In this document: positions 23,383-36,286 of the stretch, in pieces
How the letters are laid out: each line of letters starts with the position of its first letter
Position numbering within the stretch: position 1 is the first letter of the stretch
NCBI RefSeq assembly: GCF_021028975.2
Contig: NC_059429.1
Span: forward strand, 38,998,001-39,062,000
Source of the DNA: Sphaerodactylus townsendi
Lineage: Eukaryota
Direction of reading: 5' to 3'
Length of the DNA: 64,000 bases
Made by a program: the position numbers and the translations under genes
Notes under the pieces: generated by a model
What the model was told of the DNA's origin: nothing
The model's input: the letters and a program-made list of their open reading frames with translations, nothing else
Databases searched by the model: none

Positions 23383-26300
23383 ACCACACTTAGCTGAAGA
23401 GCTGAAAGAAGTAAGGGGTGGAAAGGAAAGCAACAGTGTAGGCAAGCTTCTAACCCACAGCCAAGCCCATAGGGATATCAGGAGCATCACAAACTCCCTC
23501 TGCTCTGCCTGTGCCACTTGTGACACCAGTGCTGCAGGCTGGTCATTTGCATTAATACAACATTGTGCTGATACACCATATGCAAGCAAAATCTATTTCT
23601 TATGGAAGTGAAGTTAAACTATCTTGATAGGTAGACCATTTTCTTAAAGTACCATTAAATTGGTTTCTCCTTAAATCTGATTCAAATGCAACAGTCTGCA
23701 TTGACTGAAATCTGCACTATTTGCATTGATTTCATTCCACAGCCTGTTCTGGTTATCATCATTCATGCAAGAATGGCATGCAAGAGTCCCAGTGCAGTCA
23801 GGTATGAAAACCAGTCCTCCTCAATCATTAGAATTTTGGTGCTCCAACATAATAGGTCAGTGGGCTACTTCCAATCCTGCCAACATGTGTTGTCACCATT
23901 TCGTATGAATGGGGCAATCCACATATTTTTCCAATTTCAGTATGCACATCCATAAAAGTTTGAGTTTCTGGTTACATACAATGAGGCTGGAAGTCATGTA
24001 TTGCCCTATTCATGCTCAATGATAGCCATACCTATCAAGAGGCAATGATGACATGGCACAGAAGACAAGTATCATTTTAGGTTTTATCATTCAGACCATT
24101 GTGAATTTCCTACCACTCTGTTCAGAAAACTAAGAAACCCTCTTCCAGTTTAAGGAGCTTAAAAGACAGAAGTTGGAGGAAAGTTCCTAAGGTTCAAAGA
24201 AGGTTTGAACTGGCAAGAATGTTGTTCTAACCAAAGTTTGTTAATTATTGTTTTAGAAATTATAGTTTCTATGAAGTGTACTCTTGTAATTGACAGCAAG
24301 CCAACATGAATTCTAAGAGGGCAACTGAGTGCGGTATTTCACCTTCAATGAATCATGCTCATTTTTTGTTGAGGTTTTGTTATCTATTGGGACTTACACC
24401 TACCTAGAACCTGGATTGACATGTTGATTCAGATCCCATCTACTTCCTTTAAAAGAGTCCATAATTACAAACTCAGATTAAGTATAGTCTTTCTCCATCC
24501 CTTTCAATTTCACAAACATACTTTGACCAAGTCAATATTCAGTTAAAGTATTTCAAGACATGGAAGCAAGGGACTATTTTGTATAAAAATCCCACAGAAA
24601 TAAGGGAGCTCTGATATGTTGACACCAGCAAGAAAAAATAGAATACAAAATATCATAGGAAAAAAGGCTTTTGATCCTCTTAACCATGAATGGACTACAA
24701 GGACTGTGTTGCTCCCATTTCCCACTGAAACTTCTTTACTCTCCCTCAAAGCCATCACGGCTCTTCAGGAACAGCACATGATGTGGTGTAGGTAGAGCTC
24801 AAGAGTGGAAATTCTTCTCTGTGTGAACTCATGCTTCATCTGTCCAAAAAACCTTATGCACAGTCTGTTCTGGTTAACATCATTCATGCAACTCCACCAC
24901 TCCAGCATCCCAGCTAGTTCTCAGCATTCCTCACTTTTGGAAGCAGCTCGGGGGGTCCTGGGGGATGGGGAGTTGGCTGCATCCCTTCTATAAACTCATT
25001 CACAGTTCATAGCATCAAAATCTATTTCCTGATTTCACTCTTGTTTGTATTCTATGTATGTCCTGGATTCTACATCCACTGGTAAGGCATATAAATGTTT
25101 TAAGTAATAAATAATAACAATAATATTCGAGGTACAACTCTGCCCATTCCCTACAGGCTTGCCCACACAGATTTTTAGGAGAGGTGGGAATAACAGAAAG
25201 CCAGATAGTATCTTGGATAGTATTCATTCAGTATACTGATTTATTGTATTCCCATAAGCTTCCTGAGAGGCATGTGTCTCACTTCCACTAGTTGTCCACA
25301 TAGCAACAAGCACATGCTTTTCAGTCTGATCTACCTAGAAGACATTGCCTGCAATTTCAGTACTAAAGTATAGATGCTCTCCTAAAGAAATTCCTATGTC
25401 GGGAGAATCTATGAAACTGTCAAGCAGTCTGCCCCATACTAATTAACTATCTGGTGTGCTCCAGTGAAGTTAAAATAAATTATTTCCTCTGCTATAGTCA
25501 AATAGAATCATTGTAAATTCAGGGGTGGGGGGGAAGCATGAGTCAATCTTGCTTCCTATTTCTGAACTTCTTTTTATAATTTTTTAAATGCATGCTTAGC
25601 TGTCTTGTCAGAGATTCTAGAAGAGTAGCTGTGTACATCTGTCGCTCCAAGTAAACTAGGAGTCCTGTGCCATCTCAAAGACTATGGCCCCTTCTGCACG
25701 GGTCAATAAACCAGGGGTAACAACTGGATAAAATCTGTTTTGGGGGGAACTTCACACGGTTCCCACACCGCATAAGCTGCTGGGAATCCACCCACATTTC
25801 ACCCCCCCCCAAAAGGCCATTTTGAGGGTATTGCTATTCTTTGTGAGATTGTTAATGTGGGTTGCAATACTGCATGCAGTGGCAGCACTTACTTTTCCCC
25901 AGTCCCTGCATGCCTCTCTGCTGTGAAGCTATGCACCAGGGGCACAGGGAGGCAGCAACAGCTGTAGCTGTGGAGGGTCCAATGCCTGCCTGGCCCATGG
26001 CTTCTGTAAGCAGAGAGGAAGGGTAATTAAGAGATGGAGGTGGTCAGAAGCAGCCCTCCATGTGAAGGTGCATCGGGAACCCGTATTGCCTCTGCTGGCT
26101 CCATTCCCTGCCTGCACAGAGGCATGTGAGCATCCCAATGACAATGCTCGGTTTGCTACCCCGACACAAACCGCCATGTACACTTTGCCTGTCTTGGAAG
26201 GGGGGGCCTATGAAAGCAATCCTAAGCAGCTCTACTCAGAATGCTGCTCAGGACTATTCAGTGGGGCGTGCTACCTGGATAGTGTTCTTAGGTATCTGGG

Positions 26301-27577
26301 TTTATATTAATTTTAGAATAAACTTCTAGAGGCAAGAGCCCTACTGGATCAGATGCATGAAGCAGATAATTAAGGATTTTATATCTGGGATATGTATATA
26401 TAAACATGTGAACATATGATTTCAGTGAAGAAAAAACGTTTTGGAAGGCTAAGTTTAAGAAAATGCTAAAGGTGAAATATGCAATTGAAATAGTCAAGAT
26501 TTAATCACAAGGAATCATCCAACCCACAGGTAGAAAAGGTTCCAGAACATCTATTGAGTTCCATTTTGGATATTACAAAGAAACATGAGTGAGTTTGCTG
26601 TTTGTTATCATTCTTATTGTAGCGAGTTTGAATCCCAAGCAAACAACATTAAGGGTCGCTGAAGGTTTCCTAAACAGATTTTGAGGCTGCATTTGAGGTA
26701 CAACTGAAACCAAGCACCCAGTGAACAAGTTACAGCGCCAGCAGATAAATTAGAAGATTGTAAACGTTATGTTGAAAGAACTGAAAGAGGCCACAGGAGG
26801 AGTGAAAGATTTGCCATTGTCACAATCAATAAAAGGGAGTGAAAGAGCAAATGCTTGAACAAACAAACTATCACTGCTTTGAAGGGGAAAATTGGAGGGA
26901 GAAATAGAAACTGTCTCACCCTGGGATGGCATGGTGAATAGCATTCACATGGGATTCCTTCATACAACTCTTGCATCAGTATCAGTGAGGTAGGTGTGGT
27001 TGCACACTTTCCTGTGAGTATATTGACCTACCCACCTCTAATTAAAATATAAGTACTTCATGTGGGTGCTGCTCTATTAAGCAGAGTGATAAACAGTGAT
27101 TTCATGTGATTTGCTCTCTGTGTTGCAGAGCTCTTCCTCTCTGACTCACCTGCTGTGTGCAGCATTTAAATTACACAGGTTTGGGAAATGTGATCTTAAA
27201 AATAATATCTGCAATGACTGCTGGGATACATGGAAGGAAACCTGCCCCTGAGTATTTTGCTTCTCTGCTTCCTTCCTGAACCAGGACATGTAATTGTGTC
27301 CAAAATGACATGCCAAAGGGACACTTCCCATAACAAGAATGTTAAGGTATACAAATAAGACGCTTGAAGTGTAAACATACAGGTGTGAATGTGAAAAGCA
27401 TACTATCAAACTGGTAGCCTCAAGAGGGAGCTGCAAGGGCCTGTTGGTGGCAAATGCAAATTTCTCTCACCAGTGTGAGAAGTGGCCCATATGTTATATG
27501 ATAGAAAGAACAGATCAAAGAGGCTTGGATGTGTGCTGAAAGATAGAAGAAACAGCAGCTTGGTAACTTGGAATCAG

Positions 27578-27796
27578 ATAAGGCCTTTTTGCCATCAAGT
27601 TGCAACTGACTCATAGTGACCCCTCATGGGGTTTTCAAGGCAAGAGACTCACAGAGGTGGCTTGTCATTGCCTGCCTGTGCATAGCAACCCTGGTATTCT
27701 TTGGAGGGCTACCATCTGAATACTAATCAGGGCTGACCCTGCTCAGCTTCCAAGACCTAACAAGATCTGGCCAGCCTGAGGTATCCTGGTCAGGGC
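27578..27796 (-). mobile_element. 5S rRNA-headed SINE with a Sauria/BovB-like tail
   Basis: Reverse complement of gatcttgttaggtcttggaagctgagcagggtcagccctg plus ggcaggcaatgacaagccacctctg. Other copies at ~2100-2260 and 53710-53890. Confidence 0.65.
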
Positions 27797-27981
27797 AAGA
27801 CATTGAAGGGATTTTTAAATATCTTGCTAAAATACTAAAATAGAGACCATGCCAAGAAAAAAAAATCCTTCTACAAAACTAAAGACTACGCAAATTCATA
27901 TTCCTAGCAGCATTTTCCAAATGGGCTGTTGTGGTTTTTGCAGGCTGTGTGGTCTGGTAGTTTTTGCTGCTCACAGTTCAG

Positions 27982-28152
27982 CAGTGGTTCTCAATCTTCC
28001 TAATGCCACTAACATAGTTCCTCATGTTGTGGTGACCCCCAACCCTAACATTTATTCATTTTACAGATGGAGAACACTAATGCAGAGTCTTAGGCAACCC
28101 CTGTGAAAGGGTTGTTCGACCCCCAAAGGGGTCGCAACCCACAGATTGAGAA
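27982..28152 (-). mobile_element. SPIN-type non-autonomous hAT element (degenerate)
   Basis: cagtggttctcaatcttcctaatgcc...gacccccaaaggggtcgcaaccc is the reverse orientation of the copy at 36101. Confidence 0.8.
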
Positions 28153-28644
28153 TATCAATGGCTGCCATTTTCAGTTCTTTCCAAACTGCTTCATGAATCT
28201 GACTGGTGGCTATAGGTCTCAAGAGTTTAAGATGCCATTGGAATCTTGCTCATTTTTGCTACCATCAACCCTCATCTAGTCTGTACGGATGTCAGATTAT
28301 TGATTTAGAATCCTAATAAAAATTCAGAACATTAAAATGGTTCAAAATCCTATCCTTTTTTCCCTCATAGTGTCACCCTCAGCCACATAATCGAGGGTGA
28401 AATGACTGCCACATTTCCTTGCAACTTTACTTTTGCACCCCAGCCGAGTTATCTGCCTCTCATATCCGATTTAATTTAAAAGCATGCAGCACTCCCCTTT
28501 TCGTCCTTAATCTGCTTTTTTCTTTTGGCAAAAACTCCCACTTTTTTCCTTATCACATTCTTTCTCCATCAGAAATGTAAGTGAAAGACATAAGCATTTG
28601 GAAAGGAAGGAAACTTCTTCCTGCCCACTGCTGTTGGAGCTATT

Positions 28645-31357
28645 GCAGCAAAAGGAAGAAGAGATATCAATACCAGGGGTGAAGCATAGTTTAACATTAG
28701 GAATATATTATCGTCCCCCTGACCAAAGCGCACAAGAGGATTCTGAGATGGAAAAGAAATTAGAGGCCAACAAAGCAAAATGTAGAGTGGTAATGGGAAG
28801 CGATTTAATATCTATATAAACTGGAAAAATGCATGTTCAGGTCATAGTAAGGAGAGAACATTCCTGGATATGCTAAATGACTGTGGCTTAGAGCAGATGG
28901 TTGTAGAACCAACCAGGGGGATGTGATCTAGATCTAATTCTATGTGGGCCCAGGACCACAGATGGAAGTCAGTGTTGTTGAGCCGATGAGAACAGCGACC
29001 ACAATGCTGTCAGATTCAGTATCTCTGCATGCAAACAAGTGACAACTACTAATGTAGTTACATTACAGCTAGAAAGGAAATTTCTCAAGATGAGGGGGAT
29101 AGTGCGCCAGGGAAGCTGAGGAAAATCAAGAGAGAGAGTCAAAATGTCAAGATGCTTGGAGGTTATTTAAAACACAGTCTTAAAAGCTCAACTGGAATGT
29201 GTTCCACAGGTTAGGAAAGGCAGCCCAGTCCAAAGCCACCATGGTTAACAGGGGCGTTGAGGAAATTATTAGGGAAAAAAGATGTCTTTTTTTAGAAAAT
29301 GGAAGTCCAACTTAACTGATAAAAGAATTACAGAGAACACAAATGGTGGCAAAGAGAGAAACAAGTTAGCTGTAAAGAGGCAAAAAAGGATTATGAGGCA
29401 GCATGGCTGTGAACATCAAAACCAGCAACAAACAGTTCTTCAAGGGTACATCAAAGCAGGAAGAGCCAGCAAGGGAAGCGGTAGGCCAGTTAGATGACAA
29501 AGGAACAAGGGTGTGCTAAAGATGACAGGAGTGCAGAAAAGCTGAATGAATTCTTTGCATCTGTCTTCACCCAAGGAGGTGAGAAAATTCTGCACCTGAA
29601 CCAAGCTTCTTAGGAGGCTGAGATCAGGAACTACTTGAAGATAGTGGTAGACAAGGAAGAAGTTCTAGCAGCCATTGATAAACTAAATGCTACCAACTCC
29701 CTGGCCCAGATTGCATTCACCCAAGAGTTCTTAAAGAGCTCAAGCATGAAGGTGGTGATGTTCTCACTTTAATATGCAACTTATCCCCTTGAAATCAGGC
29801 TCCATCCCACAAGAGACTGGAAGATGGCCAATGTCACACCAATCTTTAAGAAAGGATCACAAGGGGGGGACCCGGAAATTACAAGCCAGTCAGTTTGACA
29901 TCTGTTCCTGTGAGTAAATTAGTAGGAATCTGTCATTAAAGATAAAATTATAAAACATGTACAAAAGCAAAACCTGCTGAGAAAGAGTCAGCATGGCTTT
30001 TGCCAGAGGCAAATCTGTGCTGAGCTTACTAGAGTTCTTTGAGGGATGTAAAATAGGCATGTGGATGAGGGGGGGAACCAGTGGACATTGTCTACTTGGA
30101 TTTCCAAAAGGCTTTGACAAGTTCCTCTGAGACTATTGAGAAAACTCAGCAATGAAAGGAATAAGAGAGTCCTCTATGGATTAAAACTGGTTGAGGAACG
30201 GGAAGCAAGGAGTGGGTGTGGGAAATTCTCACAATGGAGATGTGGGGAGTGGTGTCCCCAAGGATCAGTATTGGGACCAGTGCTCTTTAACCTATTCATA
30301 AATGACCTGGAAGTAGGGGTGGGTAAGCGTGGTGGCCAAGTTTGCAGATGATACCAAATTATGTAAATTGGTGAGAACCACAAAGGATTACTTGAGGAGG
30401 GTCCAAGCGGTTATGATAAGTGGGTGAGTGGGCTAAGAAATGGCAAGTACAGTTCAATGTAGCAAATGAAGTGATGCATAGGGGCAAAAATCCAAACTTC
30501 ACATACAAGCTACAGAGGGGTCAGTGCTATCAGTCACAGACCAGGAAGGGATTTGAAGTCTTAATTGATAGTTCCTTAGAGAATGTCAACTCAATGTATG
30601 GCAGCTGTGAAAAAGGCAAACTCTATGCTGGGGATAATCAGGAAAGGAATTGATAATAAACTGCAAAAGATTGTCATGCCCTTATATAAAGCCGTGGATG
30701 CGTACACTTGGAGTACTGTGTCCAGTTCTGGTCACCACATCTCCAAAAAGGATATTGAAGAGATAGAAAAAGTGCAGAGAAGGGCAACGAGGATGATTGA
30801 GGGACTGGAGCACCTTCCTTATGGGGAAAGGCTGCAGCGTTTGGGACTCTTTAGTTTGGAGAGGAGACGTCTGAGGGATATGATTGAAGTCTATAAAATC
30901 ATGCATGGGGTAGAAAATGTTGACAGAAATTTTTCTCTCTTTCTCACAATACTAAAACCAGGGCATTCATTGAAAATGCTGGGAAAGAGGTGGGACTAAT
31001 AAAAGGAAAACACTTCTTCAATGCTAGCGTGTGATTGGTGTTTTGGAATATGCTGCCACAGGGTGGTGATGGCCACTAACCTGGATAGCTTTAAAAGGGG
31101 CTTGGACAGATTTATGGAGGGAGAACAGTCAATTTACTATGGCTACCAATCTTGATCCTTCTTTGATCTTGAGATTGCAAAATGCCTTTTAACAGTCCAA
31201 GGGTGCTTCGGGAGCAACAGCCTTGAAAGTCATTGCTTTCACATCCTACATGTGAACTCCCAAAGGCACCTGGTGGGCCACTGCGAGTAGCAGAGAGCTG
31301 GACTAGATGGACTCTGGTCTGATCCAGCTGGCTTGTTCTTATGTTCTTATGTTCTTA
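28645..31357 (+). mobile_element. 5'-truncated CR1 LINE (end of the APE domain, RT and 3' UTR), frameshifted
   Basis: GIYYRPP (APE), PQGSVLGPVLFNLFINDL, KFADDTKL-like and LGLFSLERRRLR motifs; (GTTCTTAT)n tail at 31335-31357. Confidence 0.95.
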
Positions 31358-31560
31358 AGAGGGCATGTTCATCCATTTCTAGTCTACTCATTCCAGGTTG
31401 CAAATTTTTTAAAACCAATGATAAATTCCATTTACAAACTTAGAACATTTAATGTACAACAGAATCCCCTTCATTAAAACTAAAACACCATCCTAAAACG
31501 TTCCATTATACACATTCTACATAAAAAGGAGACGAGCTGTCCTGACTTCATCAGTTAGGC

Positions 31561-31708
31561 CAGGGGTAGGGAACCTGCGGCTCTCCAGATGTTGAGGAAC
31601 TACAATTCCCATCAGCCTCTGTCAGCATGGCCAATTGGCCATGCTAGTAGGGGCTGATGGGAATTGTAGTTCCTGAACATCTGGAGAGCCGCAGGTTCCC
31701 TACCCCTG
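31561..31708. mobile_element. Fully palindromic hAT MITE
   Basis: 148-bp near-perfect hairpin centred on catggccaattggccatg; perfect TSD agttaggc. A partial copy lies at 32720-32818. Confidence 0.9.
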
Positions 31709-33266
31709 AGTTAGGCTGTTCCACCAGCTGGGGTCACCACATAAAATCTCGAGTATGGGTAATATGGCATCTTCTTAAAACCTTGCTCAGAAGAAGAAAG
31801 CTATCACAGTGGAACAACATGTGTGAGCTCAGAACTGTCCTTTGTACAGCACATCATTCCTATCTAGGGGAACAACAGTAGTAAAGTAGGGAAAACCTCC
31901 ATCTATTCAGTAGTCTCCCTTCTAGGGTCCACCAACATGTTTCAGTACACTCTATATCATGCTTAATGTGCTATGCTGGTTCAAATTTTTGTAATCTCAG
32001 GCTAGGCCTAGTGCACTGCTTATTAGATGTCTTTTCATACTGATTGTATGAACTTGCACTGCATTTACCAGGTGTGTCTTCAGACTGATTGTATTGATTT
32101 ACACTCTGTAATCTGCTTTGAGTCTCAACAAACTCTACTGCTGTTGTTCACCGCCCTGAGCCCTTCGGGGGAATAATACAACACAATACAACAGGAAAAG
32201 TGGACTATAAATATAGTAAAGAAAGAAAGAAATTGGGTCTTCCTGGCACTTACAGTAGAACTTAAAGCCAGAGGCATATCTAGGGAAAATGTAGCCCGGT
32301 GCAAAATCTGAGTTTTCCGCCTCAACCCTGTATGGGCAGCTGCCCCCACCCCCACCAGTGTATGGAGTATGAAGTCAATGTATCGACCCAGGTGGAAGAA
32401 GGAGGGGTGTGTGTGTGGGGGGGATTTTCCACCCTCCACATGACTAAATGGCCACAGCCCGGAGCCTCCTGGATGGTATGCCCCTGCTTACAGCCATGCT
32501 GTGTCCTTCTTCTAAAGCTTATAAGAACACAGTGGTCAACGAGATTGGCAAAACCATGCAGAGGTGGAAAGGTTAAACCATCTCCTGTGGATCTAAGCTG
32601 AACTGTAGCCCCAAGCAGCTTCTTCTTCTATTTCATAAACCCAATCAGAAACCTCCCACTGTCTTGGATTCGTTAGGGACAGGGTGGAATCGTGCTTTCC
32701 AGATACCAGGTCTGCATCTCCCATCAGCTCACCAGCATGGCCAATTGGCCATGCTGACAGAGGCTGATGGGAATTGTAGTTCCTGAACATCTGGAGAGCC
32801 ACAGGTTCCCTACCCCTGAGCTAGACTTTCCCTCTTGCTTGAGAGGGCTGGTCACACTAATATTTCTGAGGTAGCACACTGACAAAATTAATGTTGTTGC
32901 ACTAAAGGAACCTCAGTTCCTTCCTATACATTTGTATAGGGCCATACTTGGTGTGTCTTTGTTCTTGTGTATTTGCATGAGAATGTTCATTTGTTCAATC
33001 ATACTTAAACACAAGGATAGCAAATGAGATGAAAAAATTATTCCTCCATCTTTCCACTTGCTATTGCAAAGTGTGTGTGTGGGAGGGGAAATCATACGAT
33101 TGAATGCTGCTCCATTATGTTTAAAAAAGAACTCACTGTACATACAGGTCGATTACCCACTGGTGGCATTTTCCAGCCTTGCCCTGCTCTGGCACAAAAA
33201 GGTGTGCCAGAAGTGCTCTCGCTTTCCCTGGGGGAAGCAAGAACACGTGGGGTAAGATGAAGTGTG

Positions 33267-33659
33267 CAGCGGTGGGATCCAGCAGGTTCTCACAGGTTCC
33301 CGAAAGTAGGTTACTAATTATTTGTGTGTGCCGAGAGGGGGTTACTAATTGGTGATTTTGCCACGTGATTTTTGCCTTAGTTATGCCCCTCCTCCGCTCC
33401 TCAGCAGTAGTGCGCAGAACTTGAAGCAGTCTAGCAGGAGGTGCACTGGCGTGCATGGCAGCCTGCGCCTGCGTGCATTCGTTTCCCACCCAAGGACCGG
33501 CACAGCTGCTGCGTCCTTGCCACAGCCCCGCCCAGCAATGCCCCACCCCCAGAATGCCCAGCCACGCCCCCATCGTGCCCAGCCCCATTGGCACTACGCC
33601 ACTGTTTGAATCCCACCACCAGGGGAACCTGTTACTGAAGTTTTTGGATCCCACCACTG
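33267..33659 (+). mobile_element. hAT MITE (CAGTGGTGGGAT family)
   Basis: TIR cagcggtgggatcc/ggatcccaccactg; TSD gaagtgtg/gaagagtg. Confidence 0.85.
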
Positions 33660-36100
33660 GAAGAGTGCCAGAACAAGAAATCTTGCCCCAACGCACCTCC
33701 TCTTTTAGTGGGCCACACATAGAAAGCACTTGGGACAAGATTTTTTACTTGATGTGCTTTCTTTCTTGGCGCACTGCAAACAAGCGCATCAGGACAAGAT
33801 CTCTTGCCCCGATGTTCTTCCTGTCCCACCCCGTGCCAGAGCACTGGTGGGTAATCACCCATAAACTTAGATTTGAAGGGGGAATGTCCTAGCTTCCCCT
33901 TTTTCCTTATATCCTAGTTCTGTGTGTACGTGGAATTTGTTTCTCCTTACTGCAGCATTCAGCATTTCCTCCACATGCAGTTGAAGGCGGTAAGGTTCAC
34001 TTAAGAATTTACAACGCTACCCTAAGCAGAGCTACACCCCTCTAAAGGTGCAAATCTACTTAGGATTTCATTGTTATCTCCTCTACTACTCACATTAGCT
34101 AGCCTTCAACACAGCTGGGGACGGTAGAGGTACACAATCACTTTCTTCTACGGCTGTAAAAATAACAATTTTGTAGAAAGTCACAAATTATAAGCCTAAA
34201 TGTTACTAAATGATGTTTTTGATTTTGTCTAGGCCTGAAAGTAATAACAAGCTTTATAAATGCAAGAAGCATACTACAATTTGATCACATCTCAGAAGCC
34301 TTGCCCTCAACCACAGCCTTATCAGAACATCAACCTCAAATAGCCACCCACTTGTGATTTAACATGGATTTGTGATAACACATAAGATTAGAGAGTTAGG
34401 TACATAGTTTCCACCACAGCTGTTGTAAATATCGAAACATGTCTCGCCATCTAAAAAAGAAAAATTTCATCTCTATGGAAAAAAACTTCAGTGCAATCAC
34501 ATTCATGAAAAACAAAACCCACATGCTTTGCATTCAGTCCAAGAATCTTTCAATCTTCAATATTGTCCTAAATAATTCAGGGCTCAAAGACCAGCACCCA
34601 ATTCATTGCTCAGCACAAAATAACCTTCCACTTTTGTAATTAAATCCTGATAGAATATCCAGTGAACACACCAGTACTATGAGGAAGAAAAGCCAGCAGA
34701 TGAAATTATATTGCCTCTCCCTTTCATCCCACAAATTCCAGCCAACACACCTTTGTTTCTTGAGTCTTGCAACCAGGAGCAAACCTGTGGCCAGTGTGCA
34801 GCAAGTACAGCCCTGGAGTGCAAGAGGATGAGCAAAAAATGACAGAGAAACAAAGCAGAGGTGGGAGGATCTTCCAATCACAAACAGGGTGGGGGAGGAA
34901 AATTAGCCAATCAATGACACCGGCATCGCCTCCTCAGAAATTAGGACATCAAAAGTGGAACCCTCCATCAAAATTTAGCAATAGCCACTCACACTGTTCA
35001 TGATTCATGTATTCCCTGACCTTCAGATTACCTTAATTGATATGGAAATGGAGGCTGGAAAAAAGATTTGTTTTAAGCCAATCATTCCGGTTGGAATCCT
35101 GTACAAACAAAGACCCTGATATTATTCCAGTAAAATAAAATGGACAGTTAGAATGACAAGGTGGATGGGATATATGCCTACTTTTCTAGCTTTTTACTAA
35201 ATTGTTTGTAAGTCCTGTGGAACCACTTTTGGACTTTGGTTGGGAAGGAATTAATGTTTCTAGATTTTTTTTTAAAGAAATGTTGAGGGTAGTGAACAAT
35301 AAATGCAGTTTTAAGCACAATTTTAAATTTAACATGTTCAGAGTTATTAGGCATGATTCTCTAATACACTTTCCAGATAATGTGGCCTTCGGGAAGAGAT
35401 TTTTTTAAAGTAATGTTTTACAAAAAGATTCATTCTATTGAAAGAGTTGCAACAAGCTGTTCAAACAACATAAAGATGGTATAAACATACTTATTGTGTG
35501 TTGTATGACTATTTCACAAAAAACACCCTAAGAAACGCTAAAGTTGGTAAACATATGTATGGGTAACTGAATATACAGGGAAAATACTACCACCTGGGGA
35601 GGAGGGGGGAAACATAGTTGTAACTTTCAGGATTTAAAGGTTGCAATCCTAAAGATACTTTCCTGGGATTAAGCTCCATTGAATAGCACGGGGTTTGCCT
35701 CTGAGTAAACCTTCTTAGGATGTACTTCTCTGCAGTTTCAAAGCATATTTATTTATTGATACATACAAGAGGGCTCAAAGTGGCTCACAATCAATATGAA
35801 CCCAACATAAGTAGAAAACAAATGTTATGTTGATCTCACATAGGGAGAAATCAAAAATAGTTTTTTTTTCCATTTGTCCTTTTCCTACCACTCAAATGGC
35901 AAAAAAATGGTGTCCAGGTTGGAAAGAATCTGAAATATTTTTCAGCAGAGGAGTATGAAGTTGGAAGGAGTATAAAGTTGGAAGTATAAGAGACTTGTCA
36001 GCAAAAGGGTGGGGGGGAAACAGATTTCATCAGCATAAATTCATACAAGATTTCCACCAATTTTAACATTTGGTCACTGATATTTATGCATCTTTTATGG

Positions 36101-36286
36101 CAGTGGTTCTCAATCTGGGGGTCGCAACCCCTTTGGGGGTCGAATGACCCTTTCACAGGGGTCGCCTAAGACCATCAGAAAACGGTCTTTTTATATTTTA
36201 TATATACCAATTTTATGGTTGGGGGTCACCACAACATGAGGAACGGTATTAAAGGGTCGCGGCATTAGGAAGGTTGAGAACCACTG
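36101..36286 (+). mobile_element. SPIN (Space Invader)/URR1-like non-autonomous hAT element
   Basis: TIR cagtggttctcaa/ttgagaaccactg; internal ...ggggtcaccacaacatgaggaac...aaagggtcgcggcattaggaagg recognised as SPIN/URR1; perfect TSD ttttatgg. Confidence 0.9.

Noticed and set aside
33133-33892. Long overlapping ORFs (201 aa, 145 aa), and similar ones at 2385-2846, 20033-20581, 43254-43718 and 47036-47562
   Set aside because: They are open by chance in GC-rich MITE or low-complexity sequence, with no protein-family motifs.
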